Of a stretch of 64,000 nucleotides of DNA, positions 23,176 to 37,095 are shown in pieces (position 1 is the first letter of the stretch; every line of letters starts with the position of its first letter). The notes under the pieces are model-generated. The model was given only the letters and a program-made list of their open reading frames with translations. It was not told where the DNA came from and made no database searches. The position numbers and the translations under genes were made by a program. The DNA is from Octopus sinensis (Eukaryota), in assembly GCF_006345805.1 (NCBI RefSeq), contig NC_043001.1, positions 132,122,001 through 132,186,000 on the forward strand. The letters are read 5' to 3'.

Positions 23176-23947
23176 CACCACTTTTTTCCACTCTTAAATA
23201 ATGAAGAAAAAAAATAGAGTTTGCATCCATATAATTTTTTTCCTTCTTCACCATGGTGCTGTACAAGTTTATAAGTTTAAAACCATCTTAATTTCATTAA
23301 ACAGGAAAAGCCCATCTCTCCTTTGTTAATTGTAAAGTAATCCCCATCAAGATGAAGGTTGCTAGACCCCTCTCTGCAAGAACTCTAATCTACAGGTACT
23401 ACACCTAAAACCTGATTCAATGTGTCAGGCAGTACTTAACAGGTTATCTATGGCTTAAGTCACTGCAAACTGAAACCCATTACAAGAACCTGATATTTTA
23501 TGTGAATGGGACCTTTTGGAAATGATAAAGGAATTGATAGTCTTATTAAAAGGGATATAAAAGACAGGGTACTTAAAAAGAATATTAAAAGCACAGGTAA
23601 TGGAACCTATATAAGAACTCAATAACAACCACTACTACATTAAAAAAAAATGGTAAGCAAAATTTGGTTTTCCACCAGGTAGATGTACAGTATGTCTAGA
23701 ACAATATTTCTGCAGACATTTTGCACTCCTACTGATGTACAGAACATAAGTGCAATTCATCATGGCTGACTTGAGGTTAAGCAAAACAGTACAGAGATAT
23801 TGACTAAAACTGAGATATGTTGCTTTACGTGATGATAAAAATTAATAATTTAATTCTATTTTTAATAAAATATTGAGCCATGCAAAATCTGTCTTATACA
23901 TATGGTTTAAACAATTATATTGTAATTTTTTTGTTCTTTTTTTGTAT

Positions 23948-24190
23948 ATCATCATCATCATCGTTTAACGTCCGTTCTCCATGCTAGCATGGGTTGGACG
24001 GTTCAACCGGGGATCTGGGAAGCCAGAAGGCTGCACCAGGCTCTAGTCTTATCTGGCAATGTTTCTACAGCTGGATGCCCTTCCTAACGCCAACCACTCC
24101 GTGAGTGTAGTGGGTGCTTTTTACGTGCCACCCGCACAGGTGCCAGGCGAGGCTGGCAATGGCCACGGTCGGATTGGTGCATTTTACGTA
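23948..24190 (-). mobile_element. Family C repeat
   Basis: Close match to 49965-50200 and 48880-49063. Confidence 0.9.
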
Positions 24191-25629
24191 TATATCTTGA
24201 TTTTTAATATCTGCATAGCAATATTTTATCTACTCTAGAAGAATAGATAAAATACCAGAAATAACTAAGGCTAGATGCAAGACTATAATTAGCTTGGTAT
24301 TTATTTCAATTAGATAAAATAAATACCAGCAATATACAATGTTCCTTCAAATGTTTAGTTCCCCACCACCTCCTACCACAAATCAACTGAAAACCATTAT
24401 AACTGGCCCTTACATTTTATCCACTTGCAACAAGGGTTATTATAAATACAGACATTACATGGAAACTATGCAGTTCCCAAATTTTGTATTTTTAGGTGTA
24501 TTTAACCTTGATTGAGGTTGGCTTAGATTTTCATTTTTTAAAATTTTTTATCACATCTCACATTTTTATAATTCTCATCAGTTAAGTTCTTATTGATTAA
24601 AATTTCAGGGGATTAAAATTTCAACATCCTACACTCTTTTAACAAGCTGCTGTTTTGGCATCACATATCTAACACTATTAAACTCTAATTTTCTTTTAAA
24701 TCAAAGAATGCAGTAACTATTTCAGACATATTTTCTTTGCAGAACTGTTTTTACTCATTGTTATTGAAAGGCATTTGTATCCGCAACAATCCTACCTTGT
24801 TCACAGTCCAACATGTTTGAGTTAAGATATAATTTTACTTGTCAAGGTATTACAATAGGAAGATATAAATACTATTAATGTAGATATCATTTTCATTAAA
24901 ATGCTGTTTTCCTTTTATATATAAACTCTAAATAGAGTACCAGCCAATAAATATGCATGGATTCGGTATTGTTATGTATATTTGATGTTCTTAAGTAAAT
25001 CATTTAATCTAAAAATTATCATTTAAACAAAAAAAATTATTAATTTCTATGCGAGAATAATATAGACAAAATGTACATGAATAAAACTCTTACAGATTAT
25101 TGCGACAATAAATATCAGTTTAATTACACTTAGCTGACTTCATTGACCTTATCATATTAGAAGGAGTCAAAGTATTGAATGAAAGACAATTTAATTAACT
25201 AATCATTAATTTAAAGTTATTAGCAGTTTCTTAAATGTTTCTTAAATATTTACCTTAAATATAAGCATGAGAAAGAAAGTGAAGACATTAATTGAGGCAT
25301 CATCAGCTGCTAACAAATAATTGATGATTACAAAGCTTATAACATTTTGTTCTGCTCGCTAACTAAAAACATGTGAAGAATCTCATACACTTACACTAAT
25401 TTCTTGATCTTTTCCCTTCATCTCGGTCTTGTATTATTTGAGAAATTAGACATTTAATTGCTTTCTTTTTGTTGGTTTCCAGGAGAGCATTAACTTATTT
25501 GATTTGTCATTGAAATATTAAACTTGACAAATGTGTTCCAGTTTTGTAAACACTTGCCAGTCGCTATCATTGCTTCCATTTATTTATTTATTTTGAACTC
25601 TTTCGGTAATTTGAAAAGTGATCACCATA

Positions 25630-26053
25630 CTCTCTTTTACTCTTTTACTCTTTTTACTCTTTTACTTGTTTCAGTCATTTGACTGCGGCCATGCTGGAGC
25701 ACCGCCTTTAATCGAGCAAATCGACCCCGGGACTTATTCTTTTGTAAGCCCAGTACTTATTCCATCGGTCTCCTTTGCCGAAACTGCTAAGTGACGGGGA
25801 CGTAAACACACCAGCATCGGTTGTCAAGCAATGCTAGGGGGACAAACACAGACACACAAACTCACACATACATATATATATACATATATACAACAGGCTT
25901 CTTTCAGTTTCCATCTACCAAATCCACTCACAAGGCATTGGTCGGCCCGGGGCTATAGCAGAAGACACTCGCCCAAGATGCCACGCAGTGGGACTGAACC
26001 CGGAACCATGTGGTTGGTTAGCAAGCTACTTACCACACAGCCACTCCTGTGCC
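25630..26053 (-). mobile_element. SINE family A, full length
   Basis: Reverse complement of the consensus, head to tail. Confidence 0.95.
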
Positions 26054-26654
26054 TATGAACCATATAACAGGTTCTTTTCTTTGTGTGTGTTTTTTTTGTA
26101 TTTTGAACACCTACAAATGGAATATGCTTATTTGCTACTCCAGTCTCAAACTAAAATCTAGAGAATTGAACAGAGTTGAGAAGATCACCCAGACATAGAA
26201 ACCATGCCAAAAACTGAGATATTTGAGAGAGACGTGATCCCCAGATCTGTTGGATGGTGTAAAAACAATCCACTCCACACAAATATGAATGAAAACTGAA
26301 CTTAAAAGAAAATGGAAAGCAGGAGGAGGGAGAAAGAAAAGGAATGAGATGATGATGATGACAGAGAGGAGGAGGAGGAAAAGGAGTATGATGATGATGA
26401 GGAGGCAGAAGGGGAGGCTCCACTAAAGGAAGCCAACGACCAGAAGTAGCGTTAAACCAAATGTCAGATTAACATAAATGGTGCGGCTGTGTGGTAAGAA
26501 GCTTGCTTCCCAACCACATGGTTCTGGATTCAGTCCCACTGTGTGGCACCTTGGGCAAGTGTCCTCTACTGTAGCTTCAGGCTGACCAAAGCCTTGTAAG
26601 TAGATTTGGAAGATGGAAACTGAAAGAAGTCCGTTGTATATGTATGTATATAAA

Positions 26655-26755
26655 AATTACTTGGAAAAGGATGCATGGCATTTGATCATATAATAATATA
26701 AATAATATATAAATATATGCATATATATACATACATATATGTACATACTTACAGA

Positions 26756-26819
<64 letters not shown>

Positions 26820-27654
26820 CATGCATATATTGGTACAGGACATCAAAAAAAGTTGAACACAATGAGAAACAAAAACATAAAAAACAAAAACATAGAAAAC
26901 GAACTTTTTTTCAAACAACGAAAAGAAAAACAGAGAAACGAGACATGCAACATAAAGAATATTCCCCTTCATCAGTTGTCCCTGTTTCATCTATTCCGCA
27001 TTATGACGGCAAGGACAATATGTGACTTTGTTTAAACAGTCCTTCCTGCAAAGCAAATTAAATGAAATTTGGGATTTTTTGCAGAGGGTAAAAGTGGTAA
27101 CAAGAACAGAACAGTGAGAACAAGACAGTGAGGGCTGTTTAGTCAAGACGATGGGAAAATTATTATGAACGCTAGGAGGACGAGCTTATGAGAGGAGACA
27201 GGTTAAAAGCATTATTTGTCTTTAGGAAGGAAATGGGCAGAAAGATAGATTCCCTTTCATCACATGTCAGCGACGAGAGAATCGAGGAGGAATGGTGAAA
27301 AGAAGAGGAGAAGAATAGGGAAGGGTAGGAGAGAAAACCAGAAAGGATGAAGAACAAGAGAGGGAGAGAGATAGACAGGAGAAATAGTAAAGGTGAAGAG
27401 TGCGCATCATAATTATTAAGATAAAACTTACTTGGAAAAGGATGTGTGGCATTCGATCATATAATGATACAAATGATATATAAATATATACATATATGTA
27501 CATACTTACAGATATATGTATATATACATGCAAAAATGGGTACAGGACATCAAAAAAACGTTGAACACAATGAGAAACGAAAACATAAAAACAAAAACAT
27601 AGAAAACAAACTTTTTTTTGAACAACGAAAAAACAGAGAAATGAGACATGCAAC
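26655..27654 (-). mobile_element. Element with direct terminal-like repeats (possible Penelope-like pLTR-body-pLTR remnant)
   Basis: 26655-26951 and 27426-27654 are diverged direct repeats around a 470-bp purine-rich spacer. Confidence 0.55.
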
Positions 27655-27900
27655 ACCATGCCAGTGGCACATAAGAAGTACCCACTATACTCTTGGAGCG
27701 GTTGGTGTTAGGAATGGCATCCAGCCATAGAAACCTAGCCAAATCAGACAGGAACCTGGTGCAACTCCCCTGCCTACTAGTTTTCAGTGAAAAACTGTCC
27801 AACTCATGCCAGCATGGAAGGCAGACGTTAAACGATGATAATAATAATGATGATGATGATGATGCTGATGATGCTGATGATGATGATGATGATGATATAT
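27655..27900 (+). mobile_element. Family C repeat with (GAT)n tail
   Basis: GGCACATAAGAAG...TAGAAACC...CCAACTCATGCCAGCATGG...GACGTTAAACGATGAT. Confidence 0.85.
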
Positions 27901-28309
27901 CCATCAACTATTCCAAGTCACTCAATTTTGTATTTTGTCAATAATTTGTAGTCACAAAGATATGGATTTGAAGAAAGCCATGAAAGATGCTGGTCTCAAC
28001 TTTGGATTTATGCTACTTTCACTTTCCTTTCCTTTATATTTTCATTAAATATATACGTGAATATTTGCTAAGTACACACAATGTTTATGTATATTAGCTA
28101 AATATATATACACTTTTCGTTGAATATTAGAGAACAGCATTTATATACAATGTACAATGTTTGTTTTATGCCCACTAATTACATACAACATTTACATATA
28201 TTTGCTAATTATGTACAACATTTATCTTACATTGGTTAAATATGTACAGTGTCTGTGTATATTTTTGTAATGCATCACTTATATCTTTTCCTTGTTTTGG
28301 TCATTACAC

Positions 28310-28474
28310 TGAGACTAAGCTGTGACTGTCTAGGAGAGTTTAGTTGATCAAATTGACCCCAGCACTTTTTTTTTAAGCCTGGTACTCATCCTATTGGGTT
28401 CCTTTTGTAGAACTGCTAAGTTATGAGAATGTAAACAAACCAACACTGATTGTCAAGTAGTGATGGGGAACATC

Positions 28475-28513
<39 letters not shown>

Positions 28514-28677
28514 GGGCTTCTTTCAGTTTCTGTTAATCAAGTCTCCTCACAAGACTTTGGTCAGCCCAGGGCTATACTTGAAGACACTTGCTCAAGATGC
28601 CATGCTATGGGAATGAACCAGAAACCATGGGGTCGGGAAGCAAACTTGTTACCACACGACCACTCCCACCACTACTG

Positions 28678-28710
<33 letters not shown>

Positions 28711-28880
28711 TTTTAGGTTTGTTTTCTATTCTTCCATGGTTTGGGCTATTTGACTGGCTCCAGCAGAATGGAGGACCATGTCATGCCCCAGTGTCTCACT
28801 CTTTGCATGGTTTCTATGAGTAGACCTAATGCCAACTACTTTACAGAGTGTACTGGTTGCATTTTGTCATAGCACCGGCA
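28310..28880 (-). mobile_element. Diverged SINE A followed by diverged family C copy
   Basis: A-like sequence at 28310-28660; C-like sequence at 28690-28880. Confidence 0.7.
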
Positions 28881-29104
28881 ATAAGAAGTTTGCTTTGTCT
28901 TCAGCAAGGCTAAAGAGGCCACTCAAGCCCTGTGTTGTCACTGCTTGTATCAATTACCAACTACTTACAGAGTGACATTTGTGGCACAAGCAGTAGTGTA
29001 TCTATGTGCAAGGGGATCTCATCTTGTAGTTGGTAAAATGAAAGAAGTTCCCTATGATGGATGGAGCAGATTTATTGTTGTAAGAGGGTGGGAAGGGAAA
29101 GAAT

Positions 29105-29336
29105 ATATTTCTTTTCTACCCACAAGGGGCTAAACACAGAGGGGACAAACAAGGACAGACAAAGGGATTAAGTCGATTACATCGACCCCAGTGCGTAACT
29201 GGTACTTAATTTATCGACCCCGAAAGGATGAAAGGCAAAGTCGACCTCGGCGGAATTTGAACTCGGAACGTAATGGCAGACGAAATACGGCTACGCATTT
29301 TACCCGGCGTGCTAACGTTTCTGCCAGCTCGCCGCA
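29105..29336 (-). mobile_element. SINE family B, young full copy
   Basis: CpG-retaining close match to 1-578. Confidence 0.93.
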
Positions 29337-29554
29337 GAGAAGGGAAAGAATAACAGAGGGAACAGTGTCAGGGTGGGAAAATAGAGACAAGAAAGAGGAA
29401 GAGTAATATTAATGATTGGTGTGAAGAAGAATGGCAATGGAGTGGGTTGAGCAAGTGGATCCAGTGATATAGTGTGTCCATCCACTCACCATGACAACAT
29501 GAATTGGATGGTTCAGCAGAGTCCAAGACAAATCTTCTTGGAGTTTCACAGGTT

Positions 29555-29822
29555 TAACACCCATGCGGTGCCATGTAAAAGTGCTTGTGTTGTGTCACAT
29601 AAAAGTGCCCATGTGGTACCATGTAAAAGAACCCATGTGGTGCCATGTAAAAGCACCCAGCACACTCTGTAAAGTGGTTGGCATTAGGAAGGGCATCTAG
29701 CCATATAAACCATGCCAAATCAGACTGGAGTGTGGTGCAGCTCCCGCAGCTTGCCACCTCTGGCCAAACTGTCCAATCCATGCCAGCATGGACAATGAAC
29801 GTTAAATTGTGATGATGATGAT
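29555..29822 (+). mobile_element. Family C repeat with short internal tandem units
   Basis: GTGCCATGTAAAAG units, then the family C body and (GAT)n. Confidence 0.8.
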
Positions 29823-30987
29823 ACAATGTTTGTGCATATTGTTTATACGGATGAAAACTAAATGAGAAAGGAAATTATACAACAAAGTATCAAAATAACT
29901 AAACTTAAGACAAAGCATTAAAACTGGTAAAGGAAAATAGTCAAAGCAAAAAGCAAGATTATCTTTCAGTTTACAGCAGAAAATGCAACTGCAGAGGAGA
30001 AAATTAATCGCTTTTATGATGAAAAAAATTTTTTTATATTTTTATCACAGGCACAGACATAGTTTGTGTGGTTAAGAACACAGTGACAACACAGGGCTTG
30101 AGAACCTTACTTAGCAACCATGTAGTTTCAGGTTCAATCCCTCTGTGAGGCACCTTGGATAAGTGTTTCCTACTATTGCCTGAAACCAATGAAAGTCCTG
30201 TATGTAGATTTGGTAGACAGAAAGTGAAAGATACCTATCGTATATGTGTACGTGTGTTTGCATTACCTGTCTTGATATAGTGTGATAGTTGTAAATGATT
30301 GTCACTGCTATACATGTAGTGTCATTCATTTTTGATCATGTCTTGAATTGGAAAAATATTACTTTGCTTGGAAATAAGTGAAGCATGGTGACAGGATTGG
30401 CATCTGGCCGTAGAAAGCCTATCTGACCCATGCAAGCTTAGAAAAGTGGATGTTAAAACGTTGATAGTGATGAAAATTATGATGGCTGTCATGATAGCTT
30501 TGTTCTGTGGCCCTGAGAAATAGTGGCGTTAATGCTAGAGATATTTCAGCATGAAGTGATTAAGTTTCATTAAATAAATTCAAAGAACATAGGTTTCCTC
30601 TGTGTACGTGAAGACATTTTCATTTGGCATACACCATAGTGTAAAACATGAACTTGATAAGGAATAAGTGATGTTACACTGGCTGTTTTTTGAAAGACAC
30701 AAGTAGAATTATTGTATGATGTACATAGATAAGTATAACAATAAATAAATGTAAAACTATATAAAGCAATCATTCTATAGAAGTAACCAGGCTATTATGA
30801 AATATTGACGCAACTATGCTAATAAGGTATGATAAGCTAATCAAACAACAACACAAGTGCAGAAACAATATATTACATCCATTAAAGATTTTGCTGGTCT
30901 TATTGAATCACTACACCCCACCACCAAACTTTCAAGTAAGAAAAGGCAACAAACTACAAATATCACAATGCAGCAAAGTTCTTAATA

Positions 30988-31204
30988 CTACAGACTGCTT
31001 GCAAATGTTCTTGGGGTAGCAGGCCTAATTCCAATGCCCAGTATAACACCACAACTTCCGGTACTTTTTGCCAAAGGCACTCTGTTACGAGGTCTGAAGA
31101 GTAACTTGGTATCTTGATGTTGATGAGATGTTTTCTTTCTCCTTTCCCCCACCCCAGTCTCAGAGGTTATGTAAAGGTTATGGACATTATCTTTCTTCCT
31201 TGGA
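30988..31204 (-). CDS. Candidate (terminal?) exon of a minus-strand gene
   Basis: Acceptor ttttgtatgttttag; the only open frame is PRKKDNVHNLYITSETGVGERRKK...GIRPATPRTFASSL*; phase-compatible with 31834-31868. Confidence 0.45.
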
Positions 31205-31833
31205 CTAAAACATACAAAATTTTTTTTAAAAAAACATGCCACAGCTTGTGAGCTGAAACTAGATAAACTAAAATAAAATAAAATATATCCACAAACCTCA
31301 TACACAATGACATGAAACAAGAAATGCACAACCCTGAGGCAATGATGGCGCCTCTGTGCAGTCACTTAAATTGCAAGAGATAGCAACCAAATCTCCCTTG
31401 AAACCCAAAACTCTCAAAATAGAAAGGAAATGGCATGCTAAACATTATAGATCTAGATACTACTAAAAAAAGATTGGATGGTTATGACTGGATTATAATT
31501 ATACTAAAGCAAATTTAATGGGGCTAAACAACAGCAACAATGAAATGCTTAAAATAAAAAAAAAACAACTTGGACATGAGGGAGGCACAGTGTGTTATTT
31601 CAACAAGATCAACCCTCTCAGTCAATGCCATTATATGCACAATCACTCTCCCCTACACATCCAGGTACATCTTCAGTATATCATATTACAGCTACAAAAC
31701 CAGTCAGGTAAGCAAAAAAGCAAAACAGACTTTAAAATAGCAGTACCACCTATGCTCCCTTTAACTCCAAATGCATTGACGTTCATTCTATAACTGAGAG
31801 AATTAAAATTTGTTATACTCTAAATGAGTTCAC

Positions 31834-31868
31834 CTTGCCTGTTTCTGCTTTAGATGCAACACTTGAAT
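31834..31868 (-). CDS. Candidate exon of a minus-strand gene
   Basis: Acceptor gtttgtttgcctgtag, donor AAG|gtgaac, 35 nt; frame IQVLHLKQKQA (alternative SSVASKAETGK). Confidence 0.45.
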
Positions 31869-32015
31869 CTACAGGCAAACAAACATAGACCAGATAGAAG
31901 AGAAAAAAAAATGTGTCCAAATTGTGACACCATACTTTATGCAGTAAACTACACACTGCAGGGAGTGTTGACTGCGGTCACCCATTAGACAGAAATATTA
32001 TATATCTACAATAAT

Positions 32016-32436
32016 GGAGTGGCTGTGTGGTAAGTAGCTTGCTTACCAGCCACATGGTTCCGGGTTCAGTCCCACTGTGTGGCATCTTGGGCAAGTGTCT
32101 TCTGCTATAACCCTGGGCCGACCAATGCCTTGTGAGTGGATTTAGTAGACGGAAACTGAAAGAAGCCTGTCGTATATATGTATATATATACATATATATA
32201 TATGTATGTGTGTGTATATGTTTGTGTGTCTGTGTTTGTCCCTCTAGCATTGCTTGACAACCGATGCTGGTGTGTTTACGTCTCCGTCACTTAGCAGTTC
32301 GGCAAAAGAGACCGATAGAATAAGTACTGGGCTTACAAAGAATAAGTCCTGGGGTCGATTTGCTCGACTAAAGGCGGTGCTCCAGCATGGCCGCAGTCAA
32401 ATGACTGAAACAAGTAAAAGAGTAAAAGAGTAAAGA
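32016..32436 (+). mobile_element. SINE family A
   Basis: Near-full consensus. Confidence 0.95.
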
Positions 32437-32588
32437 GAGAAAGAGAGGATATATGGAGTGAACAGAGGTTTTTGCTCAACTGCCTACACACCATAGGTTT
32501 GTTGATTTAGCACTAGTCTTGAGGTACATAGCTAAGGAAAGCTAGTGTTTAGAAGTGATACAAAAGAGACAGAGTAAAGAAAACTTAC

Positions 32589-32638
32589 ACCTTGTTGAGT
32601 GAGAACAGAGCTAAATCTTCAGGGGAGTTCTTAATTGA
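32589..32638 (-). CDS. Candidate exon of a minus-strand gene
   Basis: Acceptor ctcttacatttctag; frame SIKNSPEDLALFSLNK; two overlapping donors (AAG|gtgtaa and GGT|gtaagt). Confidence 0.45.
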
Positions 32639-35600
32639 CTAGAAATGTAAGAGGTTCTGTTCTGTAAACTTATGTTTTAGTAATAAACCTGATATTCAGG
32701 GAAAGAATCACAAAACTAAAGGGTGAATCAAACTATTTTCTATTGATTTAAAAATGCTTTCTTTTGGTATCTGATGCACAGACTTATTAACTTTGTAATA
32801 CATACATCACTTCTCTTGGAATTTCAACTGATAAAGAAATTTGACCCTTATTGGCATGGAATACAATGCATTGACCTTTTGCACTAGTCGCTTTTACTTC
32901 ACAACAAAAATGTTAGTAGCAATTGCATACATAATTAAAAATGTTGTTGATGTTAACCAATTGAACAATATACATTGAACATTTAAAGAAAACAAAACCT
33001 GCAAATTCATGATTGTTGCAAATTGTTAAGGGAAAACATTGGAATAAAATCACCAGATTGTTTTACTGAATAACTTATTATTTTTTCATTAAAACACTTT
33101 TTTCGCCATTATTTTTTAACAATGCGTTGTGTTATTTTTTTTAGATGAATCTTTGTTTTTATTTTAATCCATCAAATGTTCGCTATATTTCAGTCAACAA
33201 AATGAATGTTTCAATCAGCTTCAAACATTACACATGTCACCGATAACTACTGTTATATTTTAGTGTGGACTTAAATTTTAATCAATTTGGATTAAAAAGA
33301 TAAATCACTGTTCTGTATTAATTTTAACACAACCCAGCTGGAGCTTTTAGTTGTTGCTATGGATCTCAAAAAATTACGTAGTAATAAGTGTAGCAATGAG
33401 GAATAACAGATCAAGTTTAAAATTTTTAGTTGATAAATTTCTGTTTCTCAGATGAAGGCACAAAAACTCAGATGCCTCTTCTATAGCATACAAACTTTTT
33501 CAAACTCTTAAGCTTTTCTTCTTAATTTTTCTGGTAAGACATGCGAGTAGACTGTGTTTAATTACGTCATAATTTAAACTAGCAATCTGATTATTTCTAA
33601 AAATGTAAATTCAACTCTATGAGTTCTTTAGTAGATTATCATAAGAGACCATCATATTTTTCTCATAAATAATCCAATATTTTGAGATTATTTCTATTAA
33701 AATTTTGATTATTTACCAAAGCATAACTTGGAGAGGAGTTAGTTGATAATTGTAGGGTTTAAAATCAGTGATTTTCAGATAGAATTATTTAAGCATTACC
33801 GATATTACAAATATTGCAAAAACATATTTAATTCTCTAACAGATTTAACCAAAGTCTAAATAAAAAATTTAAAATTCCTTTTTGTAATAACCAACTCTTC
33901 AAATTAAACTGAAGCAAATAATCATAATATTCATAGAAGAAAATCACAAAATGAAGATGTATATCAAACTATTTTGAATTGATCTGGAAAAAATTTCTTC
34001 ATAAAGGCGGTACTCCAGCATGGCCGCAGTCAAATGACTGAAACAAGTAAAAGAGTAAAAGAGTAAAGAGTATATCTGCTACACAGATTTATTACACCAT
34101 AAGCTCCTGTACAATTCCCCTCTGAATGAAAATAACATGTAAGATTCAAAACTCATAATTTCTAAATCAAACTTATTAATTGATGCTCTTTAATTATATT
34201 GCAACTTTTCAAAATAATCTTCATAATATTGAGCCAACTTGGATATTACTCCATGGCCAATCAATCTGTTATAAATAACAGCTAAATGTCCTTTAATCAC
34301 ACCATATTGTCTTTAAAATATTTTACACTATGTAATTAGAATTATTAAGTATAAGATGCTTTACTAAAGAAGATGTGATGCTTATAGTTAAAACAGTTTT
34401 AATAATAGCTTTTCTCAGTTAGGGCCAATCTGGAGCTAAACAACAAAAAAACCCTCTTGATAAATATTCTCATATTTCAATATTCCACTGAACAGTTGAT
34501 AATCACACAGTGTTAGTATTCTATTAAGTGGTACTGCCCTTCACACTTCCCCTCTTGTATAAAAATCAGCTGGCCCTCATATCGTTAGGTAGATATATGT
34601 TTTTCCTATGTTATTATGAGCAACAGATTTGAAAGGACTTCAGCACATTTTGTGTCTTCTTAATTCTCTTTGTCTTCAGTATTGGATAACATCTTTGCAG
34701 AACAACCTCAAAAGTAGAAAACTTGATGTATTTGATAGCTAAAAGAGATCCTTAAATATATTGAAATATTTTGAATGAATAAACAAAGATATAAACATCT
34801 TATCAAACAATTTGAATACTTACAGATGTTTCCAAACAAACCAACACAAGATCGTGATGTATAGATTTTTTTTTTAGTAGCTTTGATAGTTTTGAAATGA
34901 GGATAATATATGAAATCCTATTGAAAACTGAAAGTAATTTTTTTTAATATATTCCAATGGATTTCAGTGAACACACACACCACTCCCTTCAAATATAATT
35001 TCAAGTAGAATAAGGATTTCTTAGAATTTAAGGAGAAGCTATAAATATAATTCTGGTATATTCTGTATAGTAAATTGAGAAACTATTTTTGTCTATCTCC
35101 TTTCAGATACAATTTTTTTTGTTAAAGATTAAATAAAAAAATTCATATTCAAAAAATTCAGAAATAGGACTCAATTTCTTTTGAAGTTGAGTATTTTGAA
35201 CAGAAAATAATTTGTTATTACAAATATGTCAGCAATTACTACATGCTTTTTTCAGGAATGCTCAAGGTTGTATTGATGGCCTTTTGTCATATTTCTATAA
35301 TTTGATTCCATTTGACTGGTTTCAGCAATTACGACTTTACATGGGGACTTATCACTATCATTCCTACAACCATCTGTTCCTTAAGAATCCATCTCTAGAA
35401 TACATCTTCCTTTTTCAGCTGCAGTTTCAATCGGATTTTCATCTATATGCTTCACATGAAAGAAAAATTGAATTGAAATTCAAAATTTGAATTCAAACTG
35501 ATTATTACAGAATCAATCCAAAATGAATTGCTTGTATATACTAGAATTCTATTTACTCACAATGAAATCTTTTTAATTCAAATTGACAATCTAAAGAAGT

Positions 35601-36189
35601 TTATACATTTTATATAAAATTCTTAATTCAATTTGCCATTTTAATGACTTAAACTTAGTATTGTATTAAAGGAAACTTGAAAGTAGTAAGAAAAAAACTT
35701 GCAGATAAGCAAAGAATTTCCTTTGTTGGATATACACTATTAAACCTAAGATATGTTCTTAGGTGTATATTGGGTTTCTAAAGCTTTTGTAGAAAGTATA
35801 AATACATTATTTAGAATATAAATTTTCTATTTTTATTGGGATATCTTTAAATTATCAATGACAAAGACTTAGTCTAAATTTGATTTTCTCACTGAATCAC
35901 TTTGAAATAGTGTGGTTGTGATGAAAGCTTCTTTCTGCCAGTTTTATTCCAATAGAAATAACAGAAAAACGTACGAGGTAATCAACATCGCTACTGTTTA
36001 TAAATGAATTGGATAAGAATGATGTAAGGATATTTTACTTCAATTTTATATTTAAAACAAAAATTTAAGATCCCCAAAAAGTCTTCAAAATTTTTCCATT
36101 ATTGTAAAAATATTTCTTTTTGATATCTGTATGCATGTGCATACACATATTGTATATATCTTATGTATATCTTTATATTGTTTTTTACA

Positions 36190-36210
36190 TTATATATTTT
36201 TATATATTTC

Positions 36211-36257
<47 letters not shown>

Positions 36258-36260
36258 CAT

Positions 36261-36291
<31 letters not shown>

Positions 36292-36297
36292 TATTTC

Positions 36298-36330
<33 letters not shown>

Positions 36331-36338
36331 CATTATAT

Positions 36339-36369
<31 letters not shown>

Positions 36370-36372
36370 TTC

Positions 36373-36414
<42 letters not shown>

Positions 36415-36420
36415 TATAAA
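36190..36420. repeat. (TA)n array interrupted four times by TTCAT
   Basis: TATTTCATTATATA recurs near 36205, 36252, 36292, 36325 and 36367. Confidence 0.9.
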
Positions 36421-37054
36421 CACACACACCCATATATAAATTCAAGATATATGTATGAACACACTGCATTTGAAGTTGGTGATGTAATATACGGTGAAAT
36501 TGTTTTCAAATATTTATAGTGTCAAATTTTGGGAAATTCTATCTGATATATATAATTTAATAAAAAGCTAAACCAGTCAAATTTTACTTTGATAATTCTT
36601 GAAAAACCTTCAGCTCACATTGATACACTTAATAAAATCACAAAAAAATTCATGTTAGAATTTTACAATATTTTCTCCCTTTCTGTTTAATAAATTAAAA
36701 CAAAATAAAAAAATAAAGTTGGCAAATTCTTTATAACATTCAAAAATAAAAAGATATGTAATTTTCATATTTTTCTTTACATTTCCACAGTTTTGTTTTT
36801 TGTTTTATTTAAGAATAGGAGACCATCATTGAAGGTGGATGTGCTTTTTATTTTTTTTTTTTCAAAAAACGGTCAAAATGAACTCTGTTTTATAGAATGG
36901 TTTCATATATTTCTCAAGTACATTTATAAATAATCTTTCAGCTCCAGTGGATTTTAAGAATGTAACACAATTTAAAATCTCTATACTCGTAGCATTAGAG
37001 ATGTTCATCCATGGTATTTCTATTTTTTAGCTGCATTCACACATATGCATGCAT

Positions 37055-37095
<41 letters not shown>

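Noticed and set aside
24700-24830. Tc1-like N-terminus (MLDCEQGRIV) on the minus strand
   Set aside because: Only about 10 similar residues followed by a stop, and no TIR found.
25244-25296. Minus-strand exon candidate with AAG|gtaaat donor (and 62460-62531 on the plus strand)
   Set aside because: The frame is ambiguous or interrupted; such sites are expected by chance in AT-rich DNA.
35212-35490. 92-aa ORF (also 41359-41574, 21055-21246, 30570-30773, 12492-12698)
   Set aside because: No recognisable domain and no convincing acceptor-donor pair in the open frame.
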